In this document: in pieces, positions 48,544 through 59,330 of the stretch
Numbering within the stretch: the first letter of the stretch is position 1
How the letters are laid out: each line of letters begins with the position of its first letter
Assembly (NCBI GenBank): GCA_963925515.1
Contig: CAWURU010000001.1
Location: 10,246-74,245, forward strand
Source: an uncultured Flavobacteriales bacterium
GTDB lineage: Bacteria > Bacteroidota > Bacteroidia > Flavobacteriales > Schleiferiaceae
DNA: 64,000 nucleotides
Direction of reading: 5' to 3'
Translations under genes and position numbers: made by a program
The notes under the pieces: generated by a model
Told to the model about the DNA's origin: nothing
Seen by the model: only the letters and a program-made list of their open reading frames with translations
Databases searched by the model: none

Positions 48544-49149
48544 TTAGAACAAATTATAGAGTACAGCTCCGTAGATGCCAAAACGAAGGAATCTAACCAG
48601 TGTTAGAAATGCGAACATCTTGAACGGGTATTTATTTAGTCCACAGAGTTGGCAGACGATAGGGTAGGGCAGTGGTGTCATTGCCGCGAGGACTATGAGC
48701 AGTCCTCCAAATCGATGCAGCTGTTTAAGAGTATCAGCATGCTTGAGTATTAGTTTGTCGTTGACAATCTTACGCGTTGCCCAATATTTCCCTATAAAAT
48801 AGGATATGATTCCTGAGCAATAGCTGAGAAATGCCAGAAGAACTAGCATCCATATAGGCTGGGCAGCTTCCCTTGCCCAAACAATCAATATTTCAGGAGC
48901 AATAAACCCTAATGTAATTTCTGAGAAAAAGAACAGGCTCAATAGTCCGGGCGTTGATAACATTTTGGTGAGCCATGCCGTAGCAGAATCGATGTCAATA
49001 ACGAAGGTGTCAAAAAGATAAAACAGAACAAGAATGGCAGCAATAGATGCCAAAACTCTCACGGCATTTTGGCGTATGAAACCATACCCTCCAGTTCGTG
49101 TTAACAGCAGGTGGTACAGTTTTAAAAAGCGAGCAAAGCGCTTAGCCAT
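48544..49149 (-). CDS. DedA/VTT-domain (YqaA-like) membrane protein
   Basis: 201 aa, 4-5 predicted TM helices, 3 nt downstream of recG. Family call is tentative. Confidence 0.5.
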   Translation of the reverse strand: MAKRFARFLKLYHLLLTRTGGYGFIRQNAVRVLASIAAILVLFYLFDTFVIDIDSATAWLTKMLSTPGLLSLFFFSEITLGFIAPEILIVWAREAAQPIWMLVLLAFLSYCSGIISYFIGKYWATRKIVNDKLILKHADTLKQLHRFGGLLIVLAAMTPLPYPIVCQLCGLNKYPFKMFAFLTLVRFLRFGIYGAVLYNLF

Positions 49150-49152
49150 GAG

Positions 49153-51246
49153 TTATGAAATTCTGTTCCAACCCCACTGGTGTTTGTAGAGGCGAATCCA
49201 ATGTTCTTTGATAGAACAATGATTAGGGTTATTTAGTTGAGAATCATTTATCAATAATTGTTCCACGACCTCTCTTGTCCAATTTAATATATCTCCATCT
49301 TGAACTAATGATGCCAACTTGAATTCAAGTTGACCACTCTGCCTGGTGCCCATCATATCTCCAGGCCCTCTAAGTTTCATATCTACTTCTGCTATTTCGA
49401 AGCCATCCTGTGTGCGTACCATGGTTTCGAGCCTGGTTTTTGCGTCACTTGATAGCTTAAACGAAGAGACTAAAACACAAAAGCTATTTTCACTCCCTCG
49501 TCCAACTCGTCCGCGAAGCTGGTGGAGTTGACTGAGTCCGAACCGTTCCGCGTTTTCAATGACCATTACAGAGGCATTAGGAATGTTTACACCCACCTCA
49601 ATAACCGTGGTGGCGACCATAATTTGTGCTTTACCTGCAGCAAAACGTTTCATTTCACCTTGTTTGTCCTCAGCTTTCATCCTGCCATGAACTGCCGCTA
49701 TTTGATATTTGGGCCTTGGGAAATCACGAAGTAGTTGCTCGTAACCCTCGCTTAGATTTTTTAAGTCTAAGGTTTCGCTTTCCTCGATGAGTGGAAAAAC
49801 AACATATACTTGGCGTCCCTTTTCTATTTCACGCTGCATGAATCCGTTGAGCTTTAATCGATTTTTATCGAACAAATGCATCGTTTGTATAGGTTTTCTA
49901 CCCGGTGGTAGCTCATCTATAACACTAATATCGAGGTCGCCATATAGACTCATTGCAAGCGTTCTTGGAATGGGTGTTGCCGTCATGACGAGGACATGTG
50001 GAGGGTTTTCGTTTTTCTTCCAAAGTTTAGCGCGTTGAGCAACACCAAACCGGTGCTGCTCGTCAATCACAGCAAGTCCAAGATTTGCAAACTTGACCGT
50101 TGGCTCAATCAAAGCATGGGTCCCAATTAATATCTGCAGTGATCCATCTTGCAATCCCTGGTGAATGACCGCTCTATTGGCTTTATTGGTGGATCCTGTA
50201 AGTAGAGCTATATGTATACCTGCGGATTTACAAAGTTCGTTAAGACTATTATAATGCTGCGTGGCTAGTATCTCTGTTGGTGCCATTAATGCCGATTGAA
50301 AGCCATTGTCAATAGCTAATAGCATGGCAAGGAGGGCAACAATGGTTTTTCCTGATCCAACATCACCCTGTACCAATCTGTTCATTTGTGCACCAGTGCG
50401 CACATCCATTCGGACTTCTTTGACCACTCTTTTTTGTGCACCAGTCAATTCAAACGGAAGGTGGTTTTTGTAAAAATTGAGAAAGGAATCTCCCACTTCT
50501 TCGAATTTGTAGCCCTTTATCGAAGACTTGTTACGCATTTTGTTGCGCTGCTGCGTCAATTGTAAAAAAAAGAATTCCTCAAATTTGATTCGATTTCTTG
50601 CCGCCTCTAGATGCTTTCGCGTCAAAGGAAAATGAATCCATTCTAGCGCTTGAGCTTTTGATATTAGTTTATGGACTCCTCTAAAAGACTCTGAAAAAGG
50701 ATCGTCTATGGTTCTTGATTCAGCCGTTAAAATGGATCTCATAACCTTCGCAAAGCCTTTGGAGTTGAGTCCCTTTCTTGTCAATTTATCGGTAGTGGAG
50801 TACACTGGTTCAAGGGCAGAAGAGACTTCATTGGCCAAAGGAGCAGAGATTTCTGGATGAGGAATGCTTTTTTTACCATTAAACACATTCAGTTTGCCAT
50901 AGATGACTATTGGTGTTTGCAGTTTTAGTGACTTTCTTACCCATTTTGCGCCCTTGAACCAGACCAATTCTATAAAGCCTGTACCATCTGAAAAAGTCGC
51001 GACGAGTCTTTTTTGACGAGGAGATCCCAATTCTTCGACCTTAGTGATCTGTCCTTTTACTTGCACCTCATTGGTTTGATTAGTGAGCTGTGCAATAGAT
51101 ATATATTCGGTTTTATCTACGTATCTAAAAGGGTAGTGCTCAAGAAATTGATGGGTAGTTCGGATGCTAAATTCCTCCGCCAGAGCTGCTGCTCTGTCGG
51201 GACCCACGCCTGAGGCATATACTATAGGAAGTTGGGTGGTGCTCAT
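49153..51246 (-). CDS. recG: ATP-dependent DNA helicase RecG
   Basis: 697 aa from ATG at 51246. Walker A GDVGSGKT, DEQH box VIDEQHRFG, motif VI QLRGRVGRG. Confidence 0.92.
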   Translation of the reverse strand: MSTTQLPIVYASGVGPDRAAALAEEFSIRTTHQFLEHYPFRYVDKTEYISIAQLTNQTNEVQVKGQITKVEELGSPRQKRLVATFSDGTGFIELVWFKGAKWVRKSLKLQTPIVIYGKLNVFNGKKSIPHPEISAPLANEVSSALEPVYSTTDKLTRKGLNSKGFAKVMRSILTAESRTIDDPFSESFRGVHKLISKAQALEWIHFPLTRKHLEAARNRIKFEEFFFLQLTQQRNKMRNKSSIKGYKFEEVGDSFLNFYKNHLPFELTGAQKRVVKEVRMDVRTGAQMNRLVQGDVGSGKTIVALLAMLLAIDNGFQSALMAPTEILATQHYNSLNELCKSAGIHIALLTGSTNKANRAVIHQGLQDGSLQILIGTHALIEPTVKFANLGLAVIDEQHRFGVAQRAKLWKKNENPPHVLVMTATPIPRTLAMSLYGDLDISVIDELPPGRKPIQTMHLFDKNRLKLNGFMQREIEKGRQVYVVFPLIEESETLDLKNLSEGYEQLLRDFPRPKYQIAAVHGRMKAEDKQGEMKRFAAGKAQIMVATTVIEVGVNIPNASVMVIENAERFGLSQLHQLRGRVGRGSENSFCVLVSSFKLSSDAKTRLETMVRTQDGFEIAEVDMKLRGPGDMMGTRQSGQLEFKLASLVQDGDILNWTREVVEQLLINDSQLNNPNHCSIKEHWIRLYKHQWGWNRIS

Positions 51247-51280
51247 CGTTGTAAAAGTAAGTATCTTTTGGGCTCCAAAA

Positions 51281-52591
51281 ATGCAAAACCAAAGCACAAA
51301 TATTTATCGGTTAGCAACCCTTCTGTTAGATGGGTTGCTTCTCGTGGCTTTATTTATAGCTGTGGCGTTTTGGCGTTTTGAAGATTTAAGAATAAGCAAC
51401 CCGGAGTACTACAATTACTATTTACAGTTGTTAGTACTCACCATCGTTTCTTGGTATTCTGCCGGCCGATGGGCAGGATTCTTCAGCTACACCAGCGGAC
51501 TAGAGCAAAGAAATGTAACCGCTAACTTATTGCGTGGTGCAATAGCACAATTGGCCATTCTGGCTATTGTTGTGGTGGGCTTGAAAGGGTATTATTACAG
51601 TCGAGTATTTTTGGTAACCTATTTTGTTTCGTTGTATTCGCTTGCCTTGCTTTACAGGTTTTTACTGGTTCAATTTTTACGGATCCAAATGGCCCAAGGA
51701 AAATGGCAAAGGCGCTACCTACTCTCTGGGCAGCATGCTACGTCTGATGCGTTAATAAGCTTAACAGAACTACGCCCTGAATTAGGGTGGAAGTATGATG
51801 GATCGTTAGAGGACGCAACCCTAGATAGAGTATATGATATTATTTGTGCGCATGCTCCTGGTACAGAAGGGTATGCCAGCGCTAATCGTCTTGCACTTGA
51901 ACAGGGAATGAGGTTTAGGTTCCTACCTGATTTAGGGCCTCAATATGCGGGTCAGATGTTTTTAGAGTCTCTCGAAGGAATTCCAATGTTCTCGCAGCGC
52001 CAAGAGCCCTTAGCAAATTGGGCTAATGCATGGCTGAAGAGGGTGTTTGATGTAGTGCTATCATTCCTTGTGATAATCTCGGTGCTAAGTTGGCTATTCC
52101 CATTGCTAGGTATGTTGCTCTTGTTTTCAGGAGCAGGTAACCCCTGGTTTATTCAGGAACGTGAAGGGTTGCAGAGTAGGCCATTTAAGGTGTTAAAATT
52201 CAAGACAATGAACCATGAAGGTAAAAGTAATGCGCTTCAGTCTTGGATGCGAAAAATAGGTATTGATGAAATCCCTCAGTTACTTAATGTCCTCCTGGGT
52301 CAGATGTCGTTGGTAGGTCCACGTCCTCACACAAGTGGTGATGGTATTGCCTATTCTAAAATGGTGCAAAGCTATAGGGTACGGTATTGGACAAAGCCAG
52401 GATTAACAGGGCTTGCCCAGACCAGAGGATTAAGAGGAGGAGGAGATTCTGCCCGCAAAGAACTTTTAGAATTGCGCATTCGCGCCGATGTATATTATAT
52501 TGAAAATTGGTCTTTGTTATTAGACCTTAGAATCTTAATTGAAACAGTGCTTAGAACCCTTTTAGCACCGTCTTCCCTTCACGCTAAATAA
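51281..52591 (+). CDS. Polyprenyl-phosphate glycosyl-1-phosphate transferase (bacterial sugar transferase, WbaP/EpsL-like)
   Basis: 436 aa from ATG at 51281. N-terminal TM bundle and C-terminal KRVFDV...KFKTM...LVGPRPH domain. Confidence 0.82.
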   Translation: MQNQSTNIYRLATLLLDGLLLVALFIAVAFWRFEDLRISNPEYYNYYLQLLVLTIVSWYSAGRWAGFFSYTSGLEQRNVTANLLRGAIAQLAILAIVVVGLKGYYYSRVFLVTYFVSLYSLALLYRFLLVQFLRIQMAQGKWQRRYLLSGQHATSDALISLTELRPELGWKYDGSLEDATLDRVYDIICAHAPGTEGYASANRLALEQGMRFRFLPDLGPQYAGQMFLESLEGIPMFSQRQEPLANWANAWLKRVFDVVLSFLVIISVLSWLFPLLGMLLLFSGAGNPWFIQEREGLQSRPFKVLKFKTMNHEGKSNALQSWMRKIGIDEIPQLLNVLLGQMSLVGPRPHTSGDGIAYSKMVQSYRVRYWTKPGLTGLAQTRGLRGGGDSARKELLELRIRADVYYIENWSLLLDLRILIETVLRTLLAPSSLHAK

Positions 52592-52601
52592 AACAGTCAT
52601 C

Positions 52602-53843
52602 ATGAAATACCCTTTATTACTTGAGAGATTCAAGCAGTATGTTCAGATAGATACGCAAAGTGATCCACATTCAACCTCTGTTCCATCCACGAAAAAGCAG
52701 AAGAATCTTGGAGAGCTATTGGTGTCTCAGCTCCTAGAAATGGGTGTGGTTGATGCGCATATGGATCCTAAAGGATATGTATATGCTACAGTTCCCGCGA
52801 CACCAGGCTATGAGTCTGCCCCAGTAGTTTGTTTCTGTGCACATATGGATACCTCTCCAGAATACTCTGGGGCAGGTGTAAAGCCTATGCTTCATGAGCA
52901 ATACGATGGAGGTGACATAATCCTGCCAGAAGGAGATGTGATTATCAGTCCAAAGGATTTTGGCCCACTTAAGGAAATGACAGGACATACGATCATTACC
53001 TCAAATGGATCTACGTTGCTGGGTGCAGACAACAAGGCTGGTGTGGCAGAAATAATGACTGCAGCGCACCTATTGATGAGCTCACTAAAGCCACGTGCTG
53101 CGATGAAAATTTTATTCACTCCGGATGAAGAAATAGGTCGAGGAGCAGACCATGTTGATTTAAAAAAACTAGGTGCTGACTTTGGATATACAATGGATGG
53201 TGCCACGAAAGGGTCTATCGAGGATGAAACATTTTCAGCTGATGGGGCTGTAGTAACTTTTACTGGCTCAAACACACATCCTGGTTATGGACATAAAAAA
53301 ATGGCCAATGCGCTAAAGGCAGCTGGTGTATTTCTATCCTCACTACCTAGACAAGAATGGGCGCCAGAGTCTACTAAGGGTGACGAAGGGTTTGTCCATC
53401 CATATGAGATATCAGGTGGCGTTGAAGAGGTGCGAATCACTATGATTCTAAGATCTTTTGAAACTGAAGAATTGTCTGACTATGCTGCTCTTTTGGGAAC
53501 TTTAGCTAAACAGGCAACAAAGGCAGTTAAAAGAACCTCATATTCGATTTCCATAAACGAGCAATATCGAAATATGAAGCAGATTTTAGATCAGCAGCCT
53601 GAGGTAGTTGAATATGCTGAAAAGGCGATTGAGGCAATTGGGTTACCTGTGCGTAAATCAAGAATTAGAGGTGGCACCGATGGATCTAAACTAAGTTTCA
53701 TGGGCCTGCCTTGCCCAAATATTTTTGCGGGAGAGCATGCTTTTCATAGCCCTTATGAGTTTGTCTCTCTCCAAGACATGGAGAGTGCTACAGAGGTAAT
53801 CATGAAGTTGCTCGAGATAGTAGCAATAGAGCATTCGAAATAA
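52602..53843 (+). CDS. pepT: Peptidase T (tripeptide aminopeptidase, M20B)
   Basis: 413 aa. CAHMDTSPE, GADNKAGVAEIM and FTPDEEIGRGA motifs. Confidence 0.9.
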   Translation: MKYPLLLERFKQYVQIDTQSDPHSTSVPSTKKQKNLGELLVSQLLEMGVVDAHMDPKGYVYATVPATPGYESAPVVCFCAHMDTSPEYSGAGVKPMLHEQYDGGDIILPEGDVIISPKDFGPLKEMTGHTIITSNGSTLLGADNKAGVAEIMTAAHLLMSSLKPRAAMKILFTPDEEIGRGADHVDLKKLGADFGYTMDGATKGSIEDETFSADGAVVTFTGSNTHPGYGHKKMANALKAAGVFLSSLPRQEWAPESTKGDEGFVHPYEISGGVEEVRITMILRSFETEELSDYAALLGTLAKQATKAVKRTSYSISINEQYRNMKQILDQQPEVVEYAEKAIEAIGLPVRKSRIRGGTDGSKLSFMGLPCPNIFAGEHAFHSPYEFVSLQDMESATEVIMKLLEIVAIEHSK

Positions 53844-53922
53844 CTACGACCTATACGTGTAAAAGAAAAGAGGACCAGCTAATCTCACGGCCTTTGTGCG
53901 TTTGCAAAACTAATTCATGATT

Positions 53923-54693
53923 TTACCGAGCTGCGTAAGCTTGGTTCAGTGCGTCTGCTAGTCTTACTCCAGCTTGTGCTAATCGTAAATGCAGTAATTC
54001 GGTTTGGTCATAAATATACCGGTATCCCATTCTTTCTGGGTCACCTGTTTCGTAACACTCCTCGCGGTAAACCACACTTTCTCTAACCCAATCGTTTACG
54101 CTAGTATTCTTCCAGCTGAATATGTTTTCACTAGTCTTAGTCGACATGATCCAGTCTGAATATTCGGTATAGCTCATTTTCCAGTAATCAATCATTCCAC
54201 TATCCCAAACTCTATGAAGGTTTGATTTTTCCCAAAAGAAAGTGACCTTAACATCATTTGCTCCTTTGTCTTTACCATTCCCGCAATGCAAAGGTTGATG
54301 AACATCTCCGATAAGATGTGCCAATGCTTTCAATGCAAAGGCTTCATCCACGCTATATTTTTGGTTTTCTATTTCTTCTAAAAGTTTCTCTATTGCCATC
54401 CAAACATCTCCTTGCTCGGGATGCTGATGGCTATCCATGTCATCCACAGAAGGTATGGTACAATAATGCCATGCATTGAGTGTGTCATAGTCTCTGTCAC
54501 TTTTGATAAAATCCATCCAATTAGCAACCATAGCAAGGTCTTCTCCGCCAAGCACGTCGATTATGTGCGTACGCACTTTCTTATCTAAGTGCTCCATGGC
54601 AATATGTCCAACAATTCGGTGACCGGTAAGTCCCCATCCGAAGGCAGATGTGCCCGTACAAAGTACTAAAACTAAGGTGATTATTCTCTTCAT
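53923..54693 (-). CDS. S1/P1-family zinc nuclease, secreted
   Basis: 256 aa from ATG at 54693. The mature N-terminus WGLTGHRIVG follows the signal peptide. HLIGDVHQPLHCG and NLHRVWD motifs. Confidence 0.85.
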   Translation of the reverse strand: MKRIITLVLVLCTGTSAFGWGLTGHRIVGHIAMEHLDKKVRTHIIDVLGGEDLAMVANWMDFIKSDRDYDTLNAWHYCTIPSVDDMDSHQHPEQGDVWMAIEKLLEEIENQKYSVDEAFALKALAHLIGDVHQPLHCGNGKDKGANDVKVTFFWEKSNLHRVWDSGMIDYWKMSYTEYSDWIMSTKTSENIFSWKNTSVNDWVRESVVYREECYETGDPERMGYRYIYDQTELLHLRLAQAGVRLADALNQAYAAR

Positions 54694-54695
54694 GG

Positions 54696-55943
54696 CTATA
54701 GTGCTGATGATGGTTTTAAATATCCTATTATCCTGTCGTATCGCAGTCCCATTCCTTGATTGTACATGATGAGTGTATAGTCGTTTCGGGTTTGCCAATG
54801 CGTGCCTTCTGTTAGTTCAGTGCCCACACTTCCGCCTGCGGTAGGATGCGCAAATATATAATTATAATAACCTTGTTTAAGAAGCACACTCTTGGAATAG
54901 GCACCTCTGATTTCGTTGTATACTAATTCGAACTCATCAGTCAGCCTCCAGTCGCTTAATTGCCCAAAAACAAAAACGGGAACATCTAGTTTTGTACTTT
55001 CAAAGTAAAATTCAACCCAGCAATAGTCACCAGCTAAGTCCGGGTTACCAGCATCCGCACGTTGATAAAACCTTCTTCCATTGATGTCATTTTGAAAGCT
55101 GTAGACAGAGATAGACTGGTTCTTTACCTCGTTTAGATAAACTTCCCAACACGTGTCTAATCTTGATGTTTTGACGCCCATTCCCACCTGGTTGAGTCTT
55201 TTGGTGTCAAATACGTGAAACTCAACTCCGCCGGGGAAGGCTTCTCCACCCATGAAATTGTATTCAAGAAGACCGTCATTTATAAAGGCAGGCTTAAGTT
55301 CCGTTTTAGCATTGTCCCATCGTCTATTCTGAAGAATACTTAGATCTAAATCGTTGAAGTAATCTTGAACTGGATAGCCAGAAAGAGAAACTCTTGAGCT
55401 TACCTGTTGCTCAGAACTAAAATCTTTCAGGTCTACTGCTCTTGATACCTGGAGCGCAGGTATGACTAAGTTTTCATAAATAATGAATCTGCGACGAAGC
55501 ACAATGTCGTTAGGATTATCATCTTGATAGACTTCAATGACATAATTACCACTTATACGTGGTGTCATGTCAGCATTTGGTATCTTTAAACTATAATGAG
55601 TGTAAGGAACAAATGTCCCGATGCTAATGGCAAAATCATTCATATAATTCCCCTCAAACCCAGTAAGGTATTGGTTGAGTAGTAAGTCACTTTTCTCCCA
55701 ATTTTTAGTACAATGAAAGATTCGATATGCGTAATTATTCCATTCATATGCCAGGTCGTCAAAGCTCAACTCAAGCCCCTTTTTAGAGCCTAGTTCGTAT
55801 GCAGCAAAGTCAAGAGGCTCTCCAATAGGTGCTATTTGTACTGATTTTATGTAGGAAAACACTGTAGTATCGGTCAAATTTTGACCGAACAAAACGGAGC
55901 CAATAAGTGTTAATAGTGGGATAAGGGACTTTTTAACAAGCAT
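54696..55943 (-). CDS. DUF5103 family protein (type IX secretion plug-like; tentative)
   Basis: 415 aa from ATG at 55943, with a signal peptide. The block IKSVQI...LELSFDDLAYEWNNYAYRIFHCTKNWEKSDLLLNQYLTGF...YTHYSLKIPN...SGNYVIEV matches my memory of the DUF5103 pattern. Confidence 0.55.
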   Translation of the reverse strand: MLVKKSLIPLLTLIGSVLFGQNLTDTTVFSYIKSVQIAPIGEPLDFAAYELGSKKGLELSFDDLAYEWNNYAYRIFHCTKNWEKSDLLLNQYLTGFEGNYMNDFAISIGTFVPYTHYSLKIPNADMTPRISGNYVIEVYQDDNPNDIVLRRRFIIYENLVIPALQVSRAVDLKDFSSEQQVSSRVSLSGYPVQDYFNDLDLSILQNRRWDNAKTELKPAFINDGLLEYNFMGGEAFPGGVEFHVFDTKRLNQVGMGVKTSRLDTCWEVYLNEVKNQSISVYSFQNDINGRRFYQRADAGNPDLAGDYCWVEFYFESTKLDVPVFVFGQLSDWRLTDEFELVYNEIRGAYSKSVLLKQGYYNYIFAHPTAGGSVGTELTEGTHWQTRNDYTLIMYNQGMGLRYDRIIGYLKPSSAL

Positions 55944-56047
55944 GTTTAAGAAATAATGATGTCTAAGGTACAATTCGTCTTTAATTAACGTGGAAAAAAG
56001 AATCTCATATCTTAATTTCGCAGTCCAAAATCATACTGAAACGTACG

Positions 56048-57397
56048 ATGTCTCAAACCTATAAGATTAGCAAGGGTCACAACATTAAGTTGATCGGTGA
56101 TGCTCCCCAAAAACACTTGGGGGTAGTTACTAGTTCAACCTATGCAGTGAGTCCTTTAGACTTTCCGGGAATTACGCCAAAATTGGTCGTGAAAGCCGGA
56201 ACTCAAGTAAACGCAGGCGATGTTTTGTTTTACGACAAAGACCGCCCCGAAGTATTAATTTGTTCTCCGGTATCAGGCGAGATTATAGAAGTCAAGCGCG
56301 GAGCGAAGCGTAAGATTCTTCAGGTAATTGTGCTTGCTGACAGTGACACGAAATATGCCGACCATGGTTCTTTTGACCTGAAATCAACTGACCGTGAAGC
56401 CACAGCATCTCATTTTGCAAACACTGGAGTAGGTGCTCTAATTACTAGCCGACCGTATGGTGTCTTAGCGAGTATGCACGAACTACCGCGCGATATTTTC
56501 GTAAATGGTGTTCAAAGTGGCCCACTTGCTGGCGATCTTGCCTATCAATTAGCAGGGAAAGAAACCGAAGTTGAAGCGGCAATAGAAGCACTTTCTTTGA
56601 TGACTGCTGGTAAAGTTTATGTCAGCCAGGATGGTGACGCCAGTTTGTTGGAGCTATTGAGTCATGAAAAGGCGACTTCAATTCTATTTACGGGTAAACA
56701 CCCAAAAGGTTTAGTCGGTACACAAATCGCTCAAGCTGCTCCCATGAATAAAGGGGAAATCGTTTGGACCGTGAATGCAGTGGATTTACCGGTAATTGGT
56801 CATGCTTTTCTTACGGGTAGGTATGCTCCAACTTATCAGGTGGTTGTAGCAGGCTCTAAGGCTAAGAATGCTGGATATGCTACAATGACTCAAGGGGTCA
56901 GTTTGTCAAGCTTCGTTTCGGCGAACATCGATAACGATAATACACGAATGATCGCCGGTGACGTATTAACGGGAACCACAATAGAAGAAAATGGATTTTT
57001 GAGTTTTGGTAAAAGTCAAATCACAGCGATTCCAGAAGGTAATTCTACAGAGTTTTTCGGATGGGTATTACCAGGTTTCGGTAAGTTTTCTACGAACCGT
57101 GCGTTTTGGTCTTGGTTATTCCCAAACAGAAAGTATGATTTAGACACAAATGTTCACGGGGAAGAGCGAGCTTTTGTGGTTACTGGGGAGTATGATAAAT
57201 TCATTCCGATGGATATTTTCCCGCAGCAGCTGCTACGTTGTATATTAATTGGTGATGTTGAGAAAATGGAGCAACTAGGGATCTATGAGGTACTGCCTGA
57301 AGATTTCGCTTTGGCTGAGGTTGCTTGTACCTCAAAGTTGCCTTTACAACAAATCGTCCGTGACGGTTTGTTGGACCTCCGAAAAGAAATGATATAA
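56048..57397 (+). CDS. nqrA: Na+-translocating NADH:quinone oxidoreductase subunit A
   Basis: 449 aa, first gene of a six-gene nqr string. Soluble protein of NqrA size and position. Confidence 0.88.
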   Translation: MSQTYKISKGHNIKLIGDAPQKHLGVVTSSTYAVSPLDFPGITPKLVVKAGTQVNAGDVLFYDKDRPEVLICSPVSGEIIEVKRGAKRKILQVIVLADSDTKYADHGSFDLKSTDREATASHFANTGVGALITSRPYGVLASMHELPRDIFVNGVQSGPLAGDLAYQLAGKETEVEAAIEALSLMTAGKVYVSQDGDASLLELLSHEKATSILFTGKHPKGLVGTQIAQAAPMNKGEIVWTVNAVDLPVIGHAFLTGRYAPTYQVVVAGSKAKNAGYATMTQGVSLSSFVSANIDNDNTRMIAGDVLTGTTIEENGFLSFGKSQITAIPEGNSTEFFGWVLPGFGKFSTNRAFWSWLFPNRKYDLDTNVHGEERAFVVTGEYDKFIPMDIFPQQLLRCILIGDVEKMEQLGIYEVLPEDFALAEVACTSKLPLQQIVRDGLLDLRKEMI

Positions 57398-57409
57398 GAC
57401 ATTTTTAAT

Positions 57410-58630
57410 ATGAAATTTGTACAAAACATATTCGATAAGACCAGACCGTTCGTTGAGAAAGAGGGGAAAAGAAACATTTTGTATCCATTGCACAATGCAA
57501 TTGAGACGATGGCTTTCGTTCCTGACCACACAACGCACTCTGGTGCCCACGTACGTGATGCAATTGATTTAAAGCGCACGATGATCACTGTAATCTTCGC
57601 AATGGTTCCTGCCTTACTTTTTGGCATGTGGAACATTGGGCGACTTCACTTTGGTGCTTTTGGGGAAGAAAGTACATTATTAGATAACTTCCTTTTTGGT
57701 GCGTTAAAAATGTTGCCGTTAATCACGGTAACCTATGCAGCTGGATTGGGAGTTGAAATATTCTTCGCTTGGAAACGTAACCACGCTGTAAATGAGGGTT
57801 TCCTTGTAAGTGGTTTACTTATTCCAATGATCATGCCTGTAGATATCCCACTGTGGATGGTAGCGGTGAGTACGATTTTTGCCGTTCTGATTGGCAAAGA
57901 AGTTTTTGGGGGCACTGGTATGAATCTACTTAACCCTGCATTAACGGCTCGCGCCTTTGCATTCTTTGCTTACCCAACATGGATGTCAGGTGATCAAATT
58001 TGGATCAATACTAAAGGTGAAGAGGGTTCTCAACTCGTAGATGGCTACTCAGGTGCCACTGCTATGGGGGATTTAGCAACTACCGTTGGTCAAGGCCTTA
58101 ATAATCCTGCTACAGAAACCGTAATGGCACAGTTTGGTTCCGGAGGGACTTATTCAATGATGAATACCTTCCTTGGTTTGATTCCTGGTTCAATCGGAGA
58201 AACCTCCGCTTTGTTAATTCTTCTTGGAGGATTATTCTTGATCTTTAAGGGGGTAGGTTCCTGGAAAATAATGCTAAGCTTCCTCATCGGTGGATTAGTG
58301 ATGGCAACAATATTCAATGCATTCGCGGTGAATGAATTCATGGGACTTAATCCTATACATCAATTGTTGATCGGAGGATTCATGTTTGGAATGGTCTTTA
58401 TGGCCACTGATCCTGTAAGCGGATCTCAGACTGAAACCGGAAAATATATTTACGGTTTTCTCGCAGGATTTTTAGGAATTATGATACGTGTGTTTAATCC
58501 AGCATATCCTGAGGGCATAATGCTTGCTATATTATTTATGAATGTTATGGCACCATTAATTGATCACTACGTTGTGGAATCAAACATTAAACGTCGTTCA
58601 AAACGTCTTGCTAACGCCCAAACTACATAG
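57410..58630 (+). CDS. nqrB: Na+-NQR subunit B
   Basis: 406 aa polytopic protein. FMN-attachment motif DGYSGATAMG. Confidence 0.92.
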   Translation: MKFVQNIFDKTRPFVEKEGKRNILYPLHNAIETMAFVPDHTTHSGAHVRDAIDLKRTMITVIFAMVPALLFGMWNIGRLHFGAFGEESTLLDNFLFGALKMLPLITVTYAAGLGVEIFFAWKRNHAVNEGFLVSGLLIPMIMPVDIPLWMVAVSTIFAVLIGKEVFGGTGMNLLNPALTARAFAFFAYPTWMSGDQIWINTKGEEGSQLVDGYSGATAMGDLATTVGQGLNNPATETVMAQFGSGGTYSMMNTFLGLIPGSIGETSALLILLGGLFLIFKGVGSWKIMLSFLIGGLVMATIFNAFAVNEFMGLNPIHQLLIGGFMFGMVFMATDPVSGSQTETGKYIYGFLAGFLGIMIRVFNPAYPEGIMLAILFMNVMAPLIDHYVVESNIKRRSKRLANAQTT

Positions 58631-58632
58631 TC

Positions 58633-59325
58633 ATGAATGTTAATAGTAACGCATATACGTACTCATTTGCTACCGTCATGGTGGTAATTGTAGCTGTATT
58701 ACTGTCTGGAGCCTCTCTGGGTTTAAAGAGCAGACAATCGGCAAATATTACACAAGAAAAGAAGCAAAGCATTCTTGCGTCCATAGGTATAGAAAAAAAC
58801 CGCGCTGAGTCTGACTTGATCTTTACACAATATGTAAAGCAAAGTTTGACACTGAGCGGAGGTAAGGTTGTCTCTGAGGATGCTTCTGCTGCTTTTGATA
58901 TAGATATGTCTAAGGCTGTTAAGTCTGATAACATGGAGCGTTCAGTTCCTCTTTATGTTACTGAAAAAGATGGAGAGACCTTCTATGTAGTTCCGCTAAG
59001 AGGAAAAGGTCTTTGGGGCCCTGTGTGGGGATACCTTGCGCTTGAGTCGGATGGTAATACTGTTGTGGGAGCCACTTTTGGTCACAAGAGTGAGACTCCA
59101 GGTTTAGGTGCTGAAATAACGACTCCTATATTCACGGATCAATTCCCAGGAAAAAAAATATCTGAAGCGGGTGTATTCCAATCCATTTCGGTAGTTAAAG
59201 CGGGTACTTCTGCTGGTAACTATATGGTAGACGGCATATCTGGCGGTACGATTACATCTAACGGTGTAAATGACATGCTGACGGATTGTTTGGCACCTTA
59301 TGCAGTGTACTTCAAAAATATTTAA
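58633..59325 (+). CDS. nqrC: Na+-NQR subunit C
   Basis: 230 aa with a single N-terminal TM helix. FMN-attachment motif [10 protein letters not shown]. Confidence 0.9.
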   Translation: MNVNSNAYTYSFATVMVVIVAVLLSGASLGLKSRQSANITQEKKQSILASIGIEKNRAESDLIFTQYVKQSLTLSGGKVVSEDASAAFDIDMSKAVKSDNMERSVPLYVTEKDGETFYVVPLRGKGLWGPVWGYLALESDGNTVVGATFGHKSETPGLGAEITTPIFTDQFPGKKISEAGVFQSISVVKAGTSAGNYMVDGISGGTITSNGVNDMLTDCLAPYAVYFKNI

Positions 59326-59330
59326 CGGTT

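Noticed and set aside
51247-51280. A divergent intergenic region of only 34 bp between recG and the sugar transferase gene, considered as a shared regulatory element.
   Set aside because: Only near-matches to the -7 consensus are present (TATCTTTTG, TACTTTTA). Nothing beyond compact spacing can be supported. The promoters probably lie inside the neighbouring coding regions.
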